Shown: piece after piece, positions 1 through 11,409 of the stretch
Layout: each line of letters begins with the position of its first letter
How positions within the stretch are numbered: position 1 is the first letter of the stretch
Assembly (NCBI RefSeq): GCF_004010195.1
Contig: NC_057749.1
Location: 12,739,180-12,785,662, forward strand
DNA: 46,483 nt
Source: Chiloscyllium plagiosum
Taxonomy: Eukaryota
Reading direction: 5' to 3'
The notes under the pieces: generated by a model
Databases searched by the model: none
The model's input: only the letters and a program-made list of their open reading frames with translations
Told to the model about the DNA's origin: nothing
Program-made: the position numbers and the translations under genes

Positions 1-384
1 CTCCACCAACTTCACTATCTTCTGAGATATCTTTCTCTAATTCAGGCCTTTTGAGCTTCTCTGATTTTAAATGCTCCACCATTGGTTATTGTCCCTTCAG
101 CAGCTCAAGTCCTAATGTCTAGAATTAGTTTTCTATACCCCTCTGTCCCCCAACCTCTGTTTTCTAGTTATTACTTAAAATCTACCTGTTTAACCAAGAT
201 ATTGTCCTAATAACTCCATATGTGGATCAATGGCAATTTTTGTTTGATAATATTTCTACTAAGTACCTATAGAAGTTTAACTATGTTATAGATGCCATTC
301 AATATAAATTAATTTACCTAAAGTATAACTAGTCCAGAAAGAAATAGTTTTTGAAATGCAACTCGCAAATATTTTAAAATCAAA

Positions 385-595
385 AATAGAGTCCTGGAAA
401 GATGCAGCACTGGAGAGAGAAAATCAGGGTTAATGTTTCAGGTCAGTGGTTTTTCTTCAGAACAGTCTGGTGAAGGGTCATCAATCTGAATTGTTAACTC
501 TAATTCTCTTCATCAGAGATACTGCATGACTTGCTGAAATGCTTCCAGCTTTTTTTAGGTTTTATTTCACATTTTGAGCATCGACAGTACTTTGC
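385..595. mobile_element. Old palindromic Penelope-derived element (degenerate)
   Basis: Imperfect inverted arms (gagagagaaaatcagggttaatgtttcagg / ctgaattgttaactctaattctct) around ttcttcagaacagtctggtgaaggg, the same layout as the younger palindromic copies at 10059, 19144 and 30648. Confidence 0.6.
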
Positions 596-2271
596 TTAAA
601 CTTTTGGATTTGAGATGTGAGTTAGTAATTTAATTGAACTTTCTTAGGAATAAAGTTGGGGATTTTAGTATAGTACACATCAGAAGTAGAGCCACCATTC
701 TCTCAGCTTGAAACTAAAGCAGCATGAACTCAAAAGAATAATATGCAAGTCAATTTGTACTGCAGGTACATGTTCCACTTAATTAAAATTTAAAAGTGGC
801 CATCTTCTATGAGAAAAACAGCCAGTTTATTATCGTGAGTTTAAAAAAAAGTTGGGTAATCCAGAGATATATTACATAAGGTTTTTCAAACAACTCATCA
901 GTAATGCCAGAACGTACAGCATCATCTAGCAGTACTATTTAAATTGTGAAGATGACGCATGCGTGTGCTAGTTTACGCAAAATGGACAAGTCAAATATGT
1001 GTTTTACATCAGAGCACTATGTTCAGAAGTAGATCATTTTGAAGATAGAACTGTGATATAGTGGGGCAATGCTCATGAATTCCAGAAGTAACAAGCCTCA
1101 CTTTCCATTGGATCTCTGGAAGCAGTGTGGCATTTTTCACTTTCCACTCCCACAATCCACTTTCCTGCCCTTTCCTTGTAACCCTTGATTCCCTAAATGA
1201 TCAAGAATTTATCTATTTAAGTTTTAACTGTACACAAGGACACTGCCTCCATAGCTGTCTGTGGCAAAGAGTTCCAAAGAAATTCATTTTTATCTAAGGA
1301 GTCTTAAATTGATGGCTCTTTATTCTGAGACTATGTCCTCTGGTCCAAGACTCTCTCATGAAGAGGAGCATCCTCTCAGCATTTACCTTGTCAAGCCCCT
1401 GAAGAATTCTATATGTTTCAACGAGATTACCACTCATTCTTCTGAACTCCATTGAGTAGAGTCTTAACCTGTTCAGCCTTTGCCCTTAGGACAAGCTCTC
1501 CATACCAGGCATCATTACAGTCAACCTTCTCTGATCTGCCTCCAACGAAATGATGTATTTCCTTAAATAAGGAGACCAAAACTGCTCATGGTACTCCAGA
1601 TGTGGGCTGACCAGTGTCTTGTACAGTTGCAGTAAGGCTTCTCTACTATGATACACTGCAACATTCCATTAGCCTTCCTGATTACCTGCTGCACATCTGT
1701 GTGCTAGCTTTGTGTTTTGTGACAAATACCCTAAATCCCTTCGTGTTGAAGCTTTCTGTAGTTTTTCTCCATTTAAATTATATTTTGATCTTTTGTCCTC
1801 CCTTCCAAAATGAACAATTACACATTTTCCCACATTATGGTTCATTTGCCAACTCTTTGCCCATTTACTGAACCTATCAATATTTCTCTGTAAACTGTTT
1901 GTATCCTTCTTGCAACCTGCCTAGTTTTGTGTCATCTGCAAATTTGGATGTAGTATATTTGCTTCCTTCCTCCATGTCATTAATATATATTGAAAACGGT
2001 TGCGGTCTGAATGCTGATCCCTGTGGAACTCTACTGGTTATAGTCCACCAACCTGAAAATGAATGCCTTATCTTATTTGGTGTTTCCTGTCCATTAACCA
2101 ATTCCCTATCTATGCCAATATACTATCTCCAGCACTGTTGCCTCTTATCTTATGAATTAACTTTTGTAAGGTACCGTGTTGAACACCTTCTCGAAGCCCA
2201 AATACAATACATCGACAGGTTCCCTTCTATCCACTCTAGTTGAAACCTCCTCGAAAGATTCTAATAAATTA

Positions 2272-2968
2272 TGTGGAGGTAATGGTGTTGGACTAGGGTG
2301 GACAAAGTTAAAAATCACACATAACCAGGTTATAGTCCAACAAATGTATTTGGAAGTACAAGCTTTCGAAGCGCTGTTCCTTCGTCAGGTAGCTCGTGGA
2401 GTAGGATCATAGGACACAGAAATTGCGATATATTAAACAAACCTATATTGCTGTTAAGTCTTTCATCTTTTAGAATGGGTTTCAGCTTTCAATTCATTAT
2501 TATGTAAATCCCAGAACTTCTTTCAAGTCACATTCCCGAGATAACTTTAAGGTTTTACAAAAAGGTGTTGATATCTCAGCTCAGACAATGCACTCAAGGT
2601 GTGAAGTTATAGTCTAAATGTATTCCAGTCTTGAGTCAGACTGGTTCTATTTCCAAAGTAGGAATTTATAAAATGTCACATGGATTATAAAAATATTGAC
2701 TGCCTACAGATTGTGTGCTTTTTGAATAAAATAGAATGCATCTGCAAATATAATTCTGCAAATTCATCACCCCATAGACTTAGGGGTATATGCTTCCATG
2801 CAAGGGGGAGAGAGAGAGAGTGTGTGTGTGTATGTGTGTGTGAGAGAGAGAGAGAATGAGAGCATGAGTGTGATGGAGTGTATGCCTGTGAGATGGTGTG
2901 AGCATGGGTGAGTGTGTGGAGGGTGTGTGTGTGTCTGAGAGAGCACATGTGTATGAGATATAAAGAGA
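2272..2968 (-). mobile_element. Penelope-like element 3' end with hammerhead-like core and microsatellite
   Basis: 11-bp TSD ctaataaatta (2261-2271, 2969-2979). Minus-strand CTGACGA-aggaacagcgcttc-GAAAgct at 2361-2388. Terminus shared with 28053-28225. Confidence 0.75.
2807..2960. repeat. Compound (GA)n/(GT)n microsatellite
   Basis: Directly visible dinucleotide runs. Confidence 0.9.
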
Positions 2969-3075
2969 CTAATAAATTAGTCAGACATCATTTCCCTTTT
3001 ATGAAACCACGTTGACTCTGCTTGATTAGATTATGATTTTCCAAATGTTCTGCTCTTCCTTCCTTATTAATTGAG

Positions 3076-4310
3076 GCCTATTATCCTAAATCCAGAGGAC
3101 TCTTGGCTTCTTTGGGACCAAATGAACACTGACACATTTGATCCTCAGGTAGGAATCCTGTTCTGTAAATGTTGTTGCTGAAGTCCATCAGTATCTCAAT
3201 GAACATCATTTGCAACTTTCAGGCATCCTGTCATTAACTCATTGATTCCAGGTGCTTTTCTTATTTCATCTTTTGGATCCCAGCTCAGCTGCTGTTAGCT
3301 TTGATCCTTCTCTTTCCTCTGATAGCACCAATTCACTTATGTCTTCATCATCATATAGCTGTCTGGTCTACTCCACTCGTTTTTCTGTATTCTTTTCGAA
3401 ACAAAGTACACTACCTTTGCTACATATACAGCCATTCTTTTAGTTATTCTCTTCCTGTTTGTCAGTGCTTTAACTTTCTCATGTGATACTGTAATGTTTT
3501 GCCTTTTCTCCCGTTTTTCTGTGTTTGTGCAAGCTATATGTTGTTTTTTTTGCCACTTAACATGTTTTTTAAATGCTTTTTATCTGCTTTTCTATTTCAT
3601 CCTATTATTAATTGGATGATTGCCTTTCTGCCACGTTTGGGCTGTACCCATCAATCACATGGCTGTTCTTACTTCTTAGTAAGTCCTCTTAATCTCTGTT
3701 CTTATTTACAGTCAAGATCTCCACAGCGGACCCAGCTGTTCCTACATCATTACTCCTATTTATTAGATTCCATAGCTGGTGAGTTTCCTACTCTTCCAAG
3801 GTGATTTGTTCATAAGAGGTATGGTTCTACCCTGGCTGTGCTACACATTTGCAGTGACATTGACTCTGTGTTGTGAGATCTTCTATCTTGACTACTGGTC
3901 CAGCTTTTATACAGGATAACATCCCTTGTATCCGTATTTGTGAGTTTGCTTTTCCCTCTCATTTAGTCTACACACAAGTTGTGGTCCCAGGGATTGCGCA
4001 ACATACTTCCAGCTCCTTGGAGGTACAAACAAGAGGTTCATTGCAATAGAGACCTGACATCCTTGATCATTCCTATGCTAATAGAGTATAAGGGGATTAG
4101 TCCTAATACTAGACCATACATATCCAAAGTTGGACATGTACTTGAAGATGAATTTGCAGGATAATTGGGCAAAATGTAGACTAGATTTGACAGATTTTTC
4201 AAAGAGCCAGCATGGCAGACAGGAGAAATGGCTTTCTTTGTACTGTAAAGTTTTAATTCAGAGTCCAGGTGTGAGAGAAAATAGTTCTGAGGGATTGTCA
4301 CTAATGTTAT
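3076..4310 (-). mobile_element. Possible highly decayed LTR/ERV-like remnant
   Basis: Strong purine skew on the minus strand, TATAAAAG at 3904-3911, and a downstream MG-start (MGTAQTWQKG, 3651) reminiscent of myristoylated Gag. No diagnostic domain seen. Confidence 0.25.
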
Positions 4311-4715
4311 TACTATAGAATGTCAGTCTGCAAGTTGTGCCATATCAGCAAAAATACAAAGAGTTAATATAAAAATAATAGTGACAAAACGTTTGTCGAA
4401 ACATATCTTTCTTCTTTTTATCTCCTTAAAAATGCTGGTGCAGAAGAAATATTTAAATTACTGGATACACTTCTTTCCATTTGATGTCTGTTTCCGGTGG
4501 GAAAACTAGAGTGTTCAACTAAGATGAGTAACAATATGAGCACAGGAAAGAAATATCTTTTTGGAGATTAGTAATAAACAAAGGAGGTTTTCCATAAACT
4601 AATTGAATAATGCACGTCAATCGAAATGAATCTCTACAAACTCACTGAAATGCAGACTCTCTTCAATCAGGTGGAAGTGTTGCTGAGCACACCAAAGAAT
4701 ATTTTTGAGGAGCTA

Positions 4716-4730
4716 CTGCCCTCCAGTGGA
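4716..4730 (-). promoter_or_regulatory. Candidate CTCF motif
   Basis: Minus strand CCACTGGAGGGCAG, one mismatch to CCACYAGRKGGCAG, in unique sequence. Confidence 0.3.
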
Positions 4731-4869
4731 ATTGCTGAATAATGTTTCAAACAAGGTCTGATTTCCATTCCACACAGTCTAAATTAATACAAGAATTACA
4801 ACTCTTTTGGAGAGAATAATCATTTGAATCAAAACTAAATTGAAAATCTAAACTAAAGCAGCCAATACA

Positions 4870-5078
4870 TGATACTCATCTACAAGATGCACTGCAGAAA
4901 TTTGCTAAGGCTCCTTAGATAGCATCGTCCAAACCCATAATCACTACCATTTAGAAGGACAAGGGCAGATGATATATGGGAACATTTGCAAGTTCCCCTC
5001 CAAGCCACTCATCATCCTGACTTGGAAACATATCACTGTTCTGTCAATGTCACCGGATCATAATCCTGGAATTCCCTC
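4870..5078 (+). mobile_element. 3' end of CR1/L2-group LINE (family of 27030-29926), left part
   Basis: Matches 29610-29810 (agaaggacaagggcag...ctgacttggaaa.atatcac). Continues at 12692 after the Gypsy insertion. Confidence 0.8.
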
Positions 5079-5204
5079 TGAAATAACTCCACAGAGGCCA
5101 GTGTCCTGTCATCAAGTCGCACTTTGTTTACAAATGGAGAGTTCTTGATACTGATCCAACTCCCTGAGCCACCTCTCAGAGTGAACAGGATGTCTGAGAC
5201 TCCT

Positions 5205-7986
5205 TTATTTTTCTTTTATTACCCCCACACTACCACCTAACTGTGATAGTGCTTATATTTTCCCACTCACCCATGTTGTGTGTGTGCAGGAGTGAGACAC
5301 AGTGAAAGACGCAAAGTGTACAAATCTTTATTCAATTTCCACCACCAAGAAGAAAGGAAACACCCAAGTGGCCAGTAACAAGCAGTGCACTTCTCATCAA
5401 AGGGCAATGCTGTGTGGTCAAACAGTGATGGGGATGCCAGGGATTAAATCAAAATAGAATTGGAGGGGGAAATAATACACTCCACTCCCTTAGGTGCCCA
5501 CCTCTCCCTGAACTGCTCAAGGGTGGATACCACGTGCTCCCTCTCTGAAGACACCTGGGCTCTAACATAACTGCCGAAGGAGGGCAGGCAATCGGCACTA
5601 ATGACCCCCTCCACGGCCCGTTGCCTGGACCTGTTTATGGCCAGTTTGGCCAGGTCCAGGGGTAGACTCACGCGGAGGTCCTCTGACCTGCCCTCCCCCT
5701 CTGCACCGGGTGCATCCAGAAGCAGAGAAGGTTTTTAAGAAAATCAAAAAGGGAGTGCAAGAACCCACATCCAATATATATATGGCTAACAGACTCCACA
5801 GCACCACAGAACAAGCAGTTGGGCTGGGAGTCTGTGAACCACCGCAATCTGCATCCTGAACCCGATGCCTGCAGAGTCCCGAGCAGATATTCGTGACCGA
5901 CTGTGTCGAACGCCTTCTCCTGGTTGAGAGGCAGGGAGGCGCTTGGCAGACCAGCCCGTCAACAGAAATGGATCAGGTCCCGGACCAGGTGGACGTTATC
6001 ATATATCCTCTGGCCCGCGACCGTGTAGGATGGGTCTGGGTGAATCATGTGGGCCAGCACAGAAGCCAGGCGAGAAGACAACACCCTGGCAAAGATTTTG
6101 CAGTCCGTGCTGAGGAGGGAGTCCAGGCGGAGACTCCAATTCTTTTTCCCTTTTTTCCCATTACCCCCACACTACTGCCTAACTGCGGTAGTGCCTTTTT
6201 AACCCCGCACCATGTTGTGTGTGTGCAGGTGTGGGACACAGTGAAAGACGCAAGGTGCATAAATCTTTATTCAGTTTCCACCACCAGGAAGAAAGGAAAC
6301 ACCCGAGTGGCCAGTGACAAGCAGTGCCCTTCTCATCAAAGGGCAATGCTGCGAGATCAAACAGTGAACAGGGGTTAAATCAAAATAGAATTGGACGGGA
6401 AAATAATGCACTCCATTCCCTGCGGCGCCCATCTCTCCCTGAACTACTCCAGGGTGTTGGTGGACACTGCGTGCTCCTTTTCCAGAGGCACCCGGGCTCT
6501 AACGTAACCGCGGAAGAAGGGCAGGCAGTCGGCCCTATTGACCCCCTCCATGGCCCGCTGCCTGGACCTGTTTATGGCCAGTTTGGCCAGGCCCAGGAGC
6601 AGAGAGACTCCTATTCTTTTTTTTTCTTGGGCAATGCTGTGTGATCACACTCCCCTTTTTTTTTAAACCCCCACACTACCACCTAACTGCGGTAGTGCTT
6701 ATTTTTTCCCCAAGGCTCCTGTTTATTTTTTTCTCTCCTTTCTTTATTTAACCCCCACACTACCGCCTAACCGCAGTAGTGCTTATTTTTTTTCCCAGCA
6801 CCCATGGTGTGTGTGTGCAGGTGTGAGACACAGCGAAAGACACAAAGTGCACGAATCTTTATTGAATTTCCACCACCAGGAAGATAGGAAAACACCCGGG
6901 TGGCCAGTGACAAACACTGCCCTTCACATCAAAGGGCAGTGCTGTGTGATCAAAACAGTGAGGGGGGAGGGTAGGGACTAAATCAAAATAGAGTAGGAGG
7001 GAGAAATGATGCACTCCACTCCCTGCGGCACCCACCTCTCCCTGAACAACTCCAGGGTGTTGGTCGACACCGCGTGCTCCTTCTCCAAGGACACCCGGGC
7101 TCTAACGTAACCGCGGAAGAGGGGCAGGCAGTCGGCCCTAATGACCCCCTCCACGGCCCGCTGCCTGGACCTGTTTATGGCCAGTTTAGCCAGACTCCTA
7201 TTCTTTTTTTTCTTCTTGCTTTTTATTTATTTATTTTTTTCTTTTTTTAAATTTTAACCCCACACTACCACCTAAGTGCGGTAGTGCTTATTTTTTTCCC
7301 CCAGCACCCATGGTGTGTGTGTGCAGGGGTGAGACACACCCTCACAATAGGCAAACACCCGGGTGGCCAGTGACAAACACTGCCCTTCACATGAAAGGGC
7401 AGTGCTGTATGATCAAAACAGTGAAGGGGAGGGGAGGGACTAAATCAGAATAGAGTTGGAGGGAGCAGACTCCTATTCTTTTTTTTCTCATTTTTTTCTT
7501 TTTTACATGGTCCACGGACTCCACAGCGCCACAAAACAAGCAGTTGGGCTGGGAGTCCATGAACCACCGCAACACTCCTGTTTATTTTTTCTTTTTTTTT
7601 CAGCACCCATGGTGTGTGTGTGCAGGTGTGAGACACAGTGAAAGACACAAAGTGCACCAATCTTTATTCAAATTCCACCACCAGGAAGATAGGAAAACAC
7701 CCGGGTGGAAGACTCCTATTCTTTTTTTTTTGCGTGTTAAAGTAGAATTGAACCCCAGTCCCTGGTGCTGTGAGGTAGCATTGCTAACTACTGACCCACT
7801 GTGCCATCCCGACATGGTGGTTTTTTTTTTCTTTTAAAACCCCCACACTACCACCTAAGTGCGGTAGTGCTTATTTTTTTTCCCCAGCACCCATGGTGTG
7901 TATGTGAATCTCCTGTTTATTTATTTATTTATTTATTTTTTCCTTTTTTTCTTCTTTTTTATCCCCAGCACCCATGGTGTGTGTGA
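5205..7986 (-). mobile_element. Tandem array of about 11 5'-truncated Tx1-clade (L1 group) non-LTR pieces inside the Gypsy LTR
   Basis: RT motifs on the minus strand at 5880-6120 (LLSTDCKIFARVLSSRL..IHPD..QEKAFD), zinc-knuckle CLFCGAVESVDHV, C-terminus FRERWAPKGVECIISPSNSILI*, repeated 3' UTR and poly(A) tails, and a recurring junction AGACTCCTATTC. Confidence 0.88.
7745..7810 (-). mobile_element. Isolated tRNA-derived head of HE1-type SINE with poly(A), within the Tx1 array
   Basis: Minus strand gggatggcacagtgggtcagtagttagcaatgctacctcacagcaccagggactggggttcaattc has A and B boxes and matches the SINE head at 19749. Confidence 0.8.
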
Positions 7987-9454
7987 AGACTCCTATTCTT
8001 ATCTGTCAGCTGGGGCTCCCTGATTGGGCCAGATTAACAGCCCCATTCAGGGACCTCCTATTCTATCAGGTCCACCTGACTAGACTCAGAGTGGGAGAGA
8101 TGTAAGTAGTGACTGAAACGAGATCAAAGACGTAGGCCGTTTTTGGTTGTTGCAGCTCCTTCTGTTGCATTTTTGTACCAGGTCAGGTCCCTTCAACTCT
8201 ACCTCTGATATGGGCAGCATTTAGTGCACAGTAACTCCCCTCTTGTGCCCAGAGCTTCTCGGAACACATTCAGTTTCCTCTTCAGGCAGAGATAGCAACA
8301 TCTACCATGTCCATCTTAGGTTCCATGGTAATTTCAAGGCTTGATGAAGAGAGAAAATCCAAGGGTTCCGGAACAGTGTGAGTTTGCAGCGTTCATATGA
8401 TCCACGTTTTGTTCAGGACTGTCTCAGCTAATTGAACTGTATACATCACTGGACCTGACCTCAAGTTGGCCATGCCCCTTACTTACCCATGCAGGGTCAT
8501 TTCCATAGTTTCTACACCAAACCTCAGCCCCTGAAGTAAAGTGTCTCTCTTGCTTAGCGGAGTCATGTGTATGGCATCAGTGTTCCTGATGCTGTTTCAC
8601 CTCCCCCCCACCCCCACCCCCCACCACACGTTAGGGAAGATCAGATTTAACCTTGTGCGAAGTCTTCTTCCCCTTATCAACTCTGCTGGAACTATCTGTG
8701 TCGGTGTATGAGTGGTGGTTCTACAATCAAATAGGCATCAGGACAAAAACAGAAATTATTGGAAAAGCTCAGAACATTTGGCAGCATTTATGGAGAGAAA
8801 TCAGTTAATTTTTAGGTCGAGTGACCCTTCCTCATAAGCCAGTTGTTTTGGTTTTTATATAGGAACTGGGCCAGTATGGTATCTAATGAAATTGTAGGCT
8901 TTTTTATAAGCCTTCAAAGTTTGCACTAATCTTTCTGCCATGTCATTGGATGATGGATGGTATGGTGCTGTTCTGAAATATCATTCAACTTTAGGATATA
9001 CAGAAATTCCCTGCTGGTAAACAGTCACCCATTATCTGTGGCCAACACTTCTGGGAGTGTTGAAAAAGATGTATGCAGTTTTTCTATCATCGTCCCCATG
9101 TTTGACAAATGAACGCCAGCATGACTATGCACGTCCAGCCACCTTGAGTGGGCATCCACAATGACTGAGAACATTGAGTGCATGGAAGGACCAGCATAGT
9201 CAAATGTGTAATGGAGTCTAGGGTTTACCCAGCCATGAATGTGGGGGAGCTGTTGGCAGTAATTTTTGTCCTTGTTGACACTCTGTGCACTGCTCCACCA
9301 GCATAGCCATGTCTACATACAATCCTGACTACCAGACATAACATATTGCCAAGTTATTCATTTTGGAAACATCTGAATGACCCTGATAGAGTTCAGTCCG
9401 TATCTGGCAGTGACCTTTGCTTGGTACAATCATTCTTGCTTCCCAAAATATCAG

Positions 9455-9790
9455 AGAGAATCCCTATAGTGTGGAAGTAGGCCAATCCACCCACCGAGTC
9501 CCTCTGACCCTCTGAAGAGCATCCAAACCAGACTCACCCCCTCTAAACCTGTAACTGTTCATTTCCCATGGTTAATCCACCTAACCTACATATCCTTGTA
9601 CAAAATGGGCAATTTAGCATGGACAATCCACCTAAACACATCTTTAGACTGTGGGAGAAAACCAGACCAACTGGAGGAAACCTATGCAGACACATGCAGA
9701 ATGTGCAAACTCCACAGAGACAGTCAACCAAAGGTGGAATCAAGCCTAGGTCCCTGGAACTATGAGCCATCACGTCATTCCTGCTGTCCT
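9455..9790 (-). mobile_element. HE1-type tRNA-derived SINE
   Basis: gggcaatttagcatgg...agaatgtgcaaactccacagagacagtc core shared with the other copies. Confidence 0.85.
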
Positions 9791-10058
9791 TACTGTGATC
9801 TGGTCTCTCCAAGTCTGAAAAGGGTTCATTTCTGGTTGGGGCGTTCCTTTGGTTTCCCCATCACCACCAGCTGTTTTAGTTTTGTCAGGAACAGATCTTT
9901 CTGCATCCAAAGTCTGATATTGTCAGCTGTGACTGTAAGTGGTCCAGAAAATTTATAACTATTTCGGACTCTTCCAGTGGTTATAATACTGCTGGTGTTT
10001 CTGCAGGCAGGAGGCAGCTCAATGCATCGTATTTGCTACTTGGCCTCCCAGACAGTGT

Positions 10059-10304
10059 GGAGAAAGTGAGGACTGCAGATGCTGGAGATCAGAGCTGAAA
10101 ATGTGTTGCTAGAAAAGCACAGCAGGTCAGGCAGCATCCAAGGAGCAGAAGAATCGATGTTTCGGGCATGAACCCTTCTTCAGCAGAGAAGCTTTTGAAG
10201 AAGCTCTCTTCCTCCCTGAAGAAGGGCTCATGCCCGAAACGTCGATTCTCCTGCTCCTTGGATGTTGCCGGACCTGCTGTGTTTTTTCAGCAACACATTT
10301 TCAG
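10059..10304. mobile_element. Palindromic Penelope-derived element with hammerhead cores
   Basis: 14-bp TSD ctcccagacagtgt (10045-10058, 10305-10318). Inverted arms. CTGAAGAAGGGCTCATGCCCGAAACGTC. Confidence 0.85.
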
Positions 10305-11322
10305 CTCCCAGACAGTGTTCCAACTTGTAATTATATGTATTAGTATTACAGCCCACCAGTGAATTTGGACCGAAGCTATGGAAGGCACTGTCTTGTCCTC
10401 TTTAAATAGACCGAGTAGGAGGTTGTGGTCCGTTATTATTAAAAAATTTATATCTGTAAAAGTTATTGGTGGAATTTCCTGCCTCCAAATATGAGTGACA
10501 AATCATCCTTCTCTTTCTGGGTGTGTTTACACTCTGCATTAGCTGAAGTCCTGGGTGTATGTGCTATTCCGCATTCATCTCCACAAAGATGAACTGACCC
10601 ATCGGGTTTCACAATCAGTACAACTGGTGCTGCCCATTCCACAAACTGGGCTGGTTTGATGATTCCTTAGCTTTCCAGCCTTCTGATTTCTACCTCAACT
10701 TTTGCCCTTGAGGCAAACAGCACTTGGCAGGCCTTGCAAAGTCAAAGAATTGCTTCCTGGTCAATATGCAAGGTGGCCTTGGCTCATTCAATAGTCCCTA
10801 GACCTTCTTGAAAATCTTCCAGGTATTTAATTAGAACTTCACTCAAGCAGCCATATTCTAATTTAAAATATTGAGCTAGTCTAAGTGAATCTTTCTCAGC
10901 CATTTTTGCCCCATCAAGCTTCTTACTACACTCAGTGGTAACTGAACCAACTGCTTCTCATAAGAGACTGATACTGAAGATGTACCCTTAATCTATAAAG
11001 GTTCCCAGGTGTAGGTTGTCAGTCTAGCCAAGGTCTTGCACAAAATTAAGAGTTGGAGTCCAGAGCAAATTTTGTTACAGACTGATTCTGCAAACACTGA
11101 AACTATTGCGCTGGCATCGACCTCTATTTGAACCAGGTGACCATTTAGCCAGATCTTGGTCCTGAATTGGATGTTGCTAAGCAATTTAACTGTTCCAAAC
11201 CAGATGCAGGTGGACTTTCCAGAATGTGCCCTCTCCTTGATACTGACCTATGAGTTCTCTTACTCAGTTTAGGTCGAGTGGGACTCTTCTGCTGTCTTGA
11301 GTCGACCCAACAGCAGCAATTA

Positions 11323-11409
11323 GGTAAAAACAATGACTGCAGATGCTGGAAACCAGAGTCTAGATTAGAGTGGTGCTGGAAAAGCACAGCAGTTCAGGCA
11401 GCATCCAAG
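11323..11409. mobile_element. Short terminal fragment of Penelope-derived element
   Basis: 12-bp TSD cagcagcaatta (11311-11322, 11410-11421). Sequence ctgcagatgctgga...gctggaaaagcacagcag. Confidence 0.8.

Larger units (their letters stand above)
1130..3075 (-). mobile_element. CR1-clade LINE, ORF2 3' half, degenerate, interrupted at 2272-2968
   Basis: ORF 1877-2101 reads [26 protein letters not shown] (CR1 RT motifs). The LINE resumes after the duplicated ctaataaatta. Confidence 0.9.

Noticed and set aside
950..990. acgcatgcgt palindrome (NRF1-like) with nearby caaaatgg
   Set aside because: Short motifs without a surrounding CpG island, expected by chance.
5893..6378. 161-aa plus-strand ORF
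   Set aside because: Antisense to Tx1 RT and crosses an insertion junction.
5197..7998. CRISPR array interpretation of the repeat-spacer pattern
   Set aside because: Repeats are 12-bp TSDs followed by poly-T, spacers are retrotransposon pieces of very unequal length, the context is vertebrate, and there are no cas genes.
7987..7998. Resemblance of the target (GAATAGGAG on minus) to U2 snRNA, a known Tx1/Keno target gene
   Set aside because: Only about 9 nt match, the flanks are clearly Gypsy LTR, and no other U2 sequence is present.
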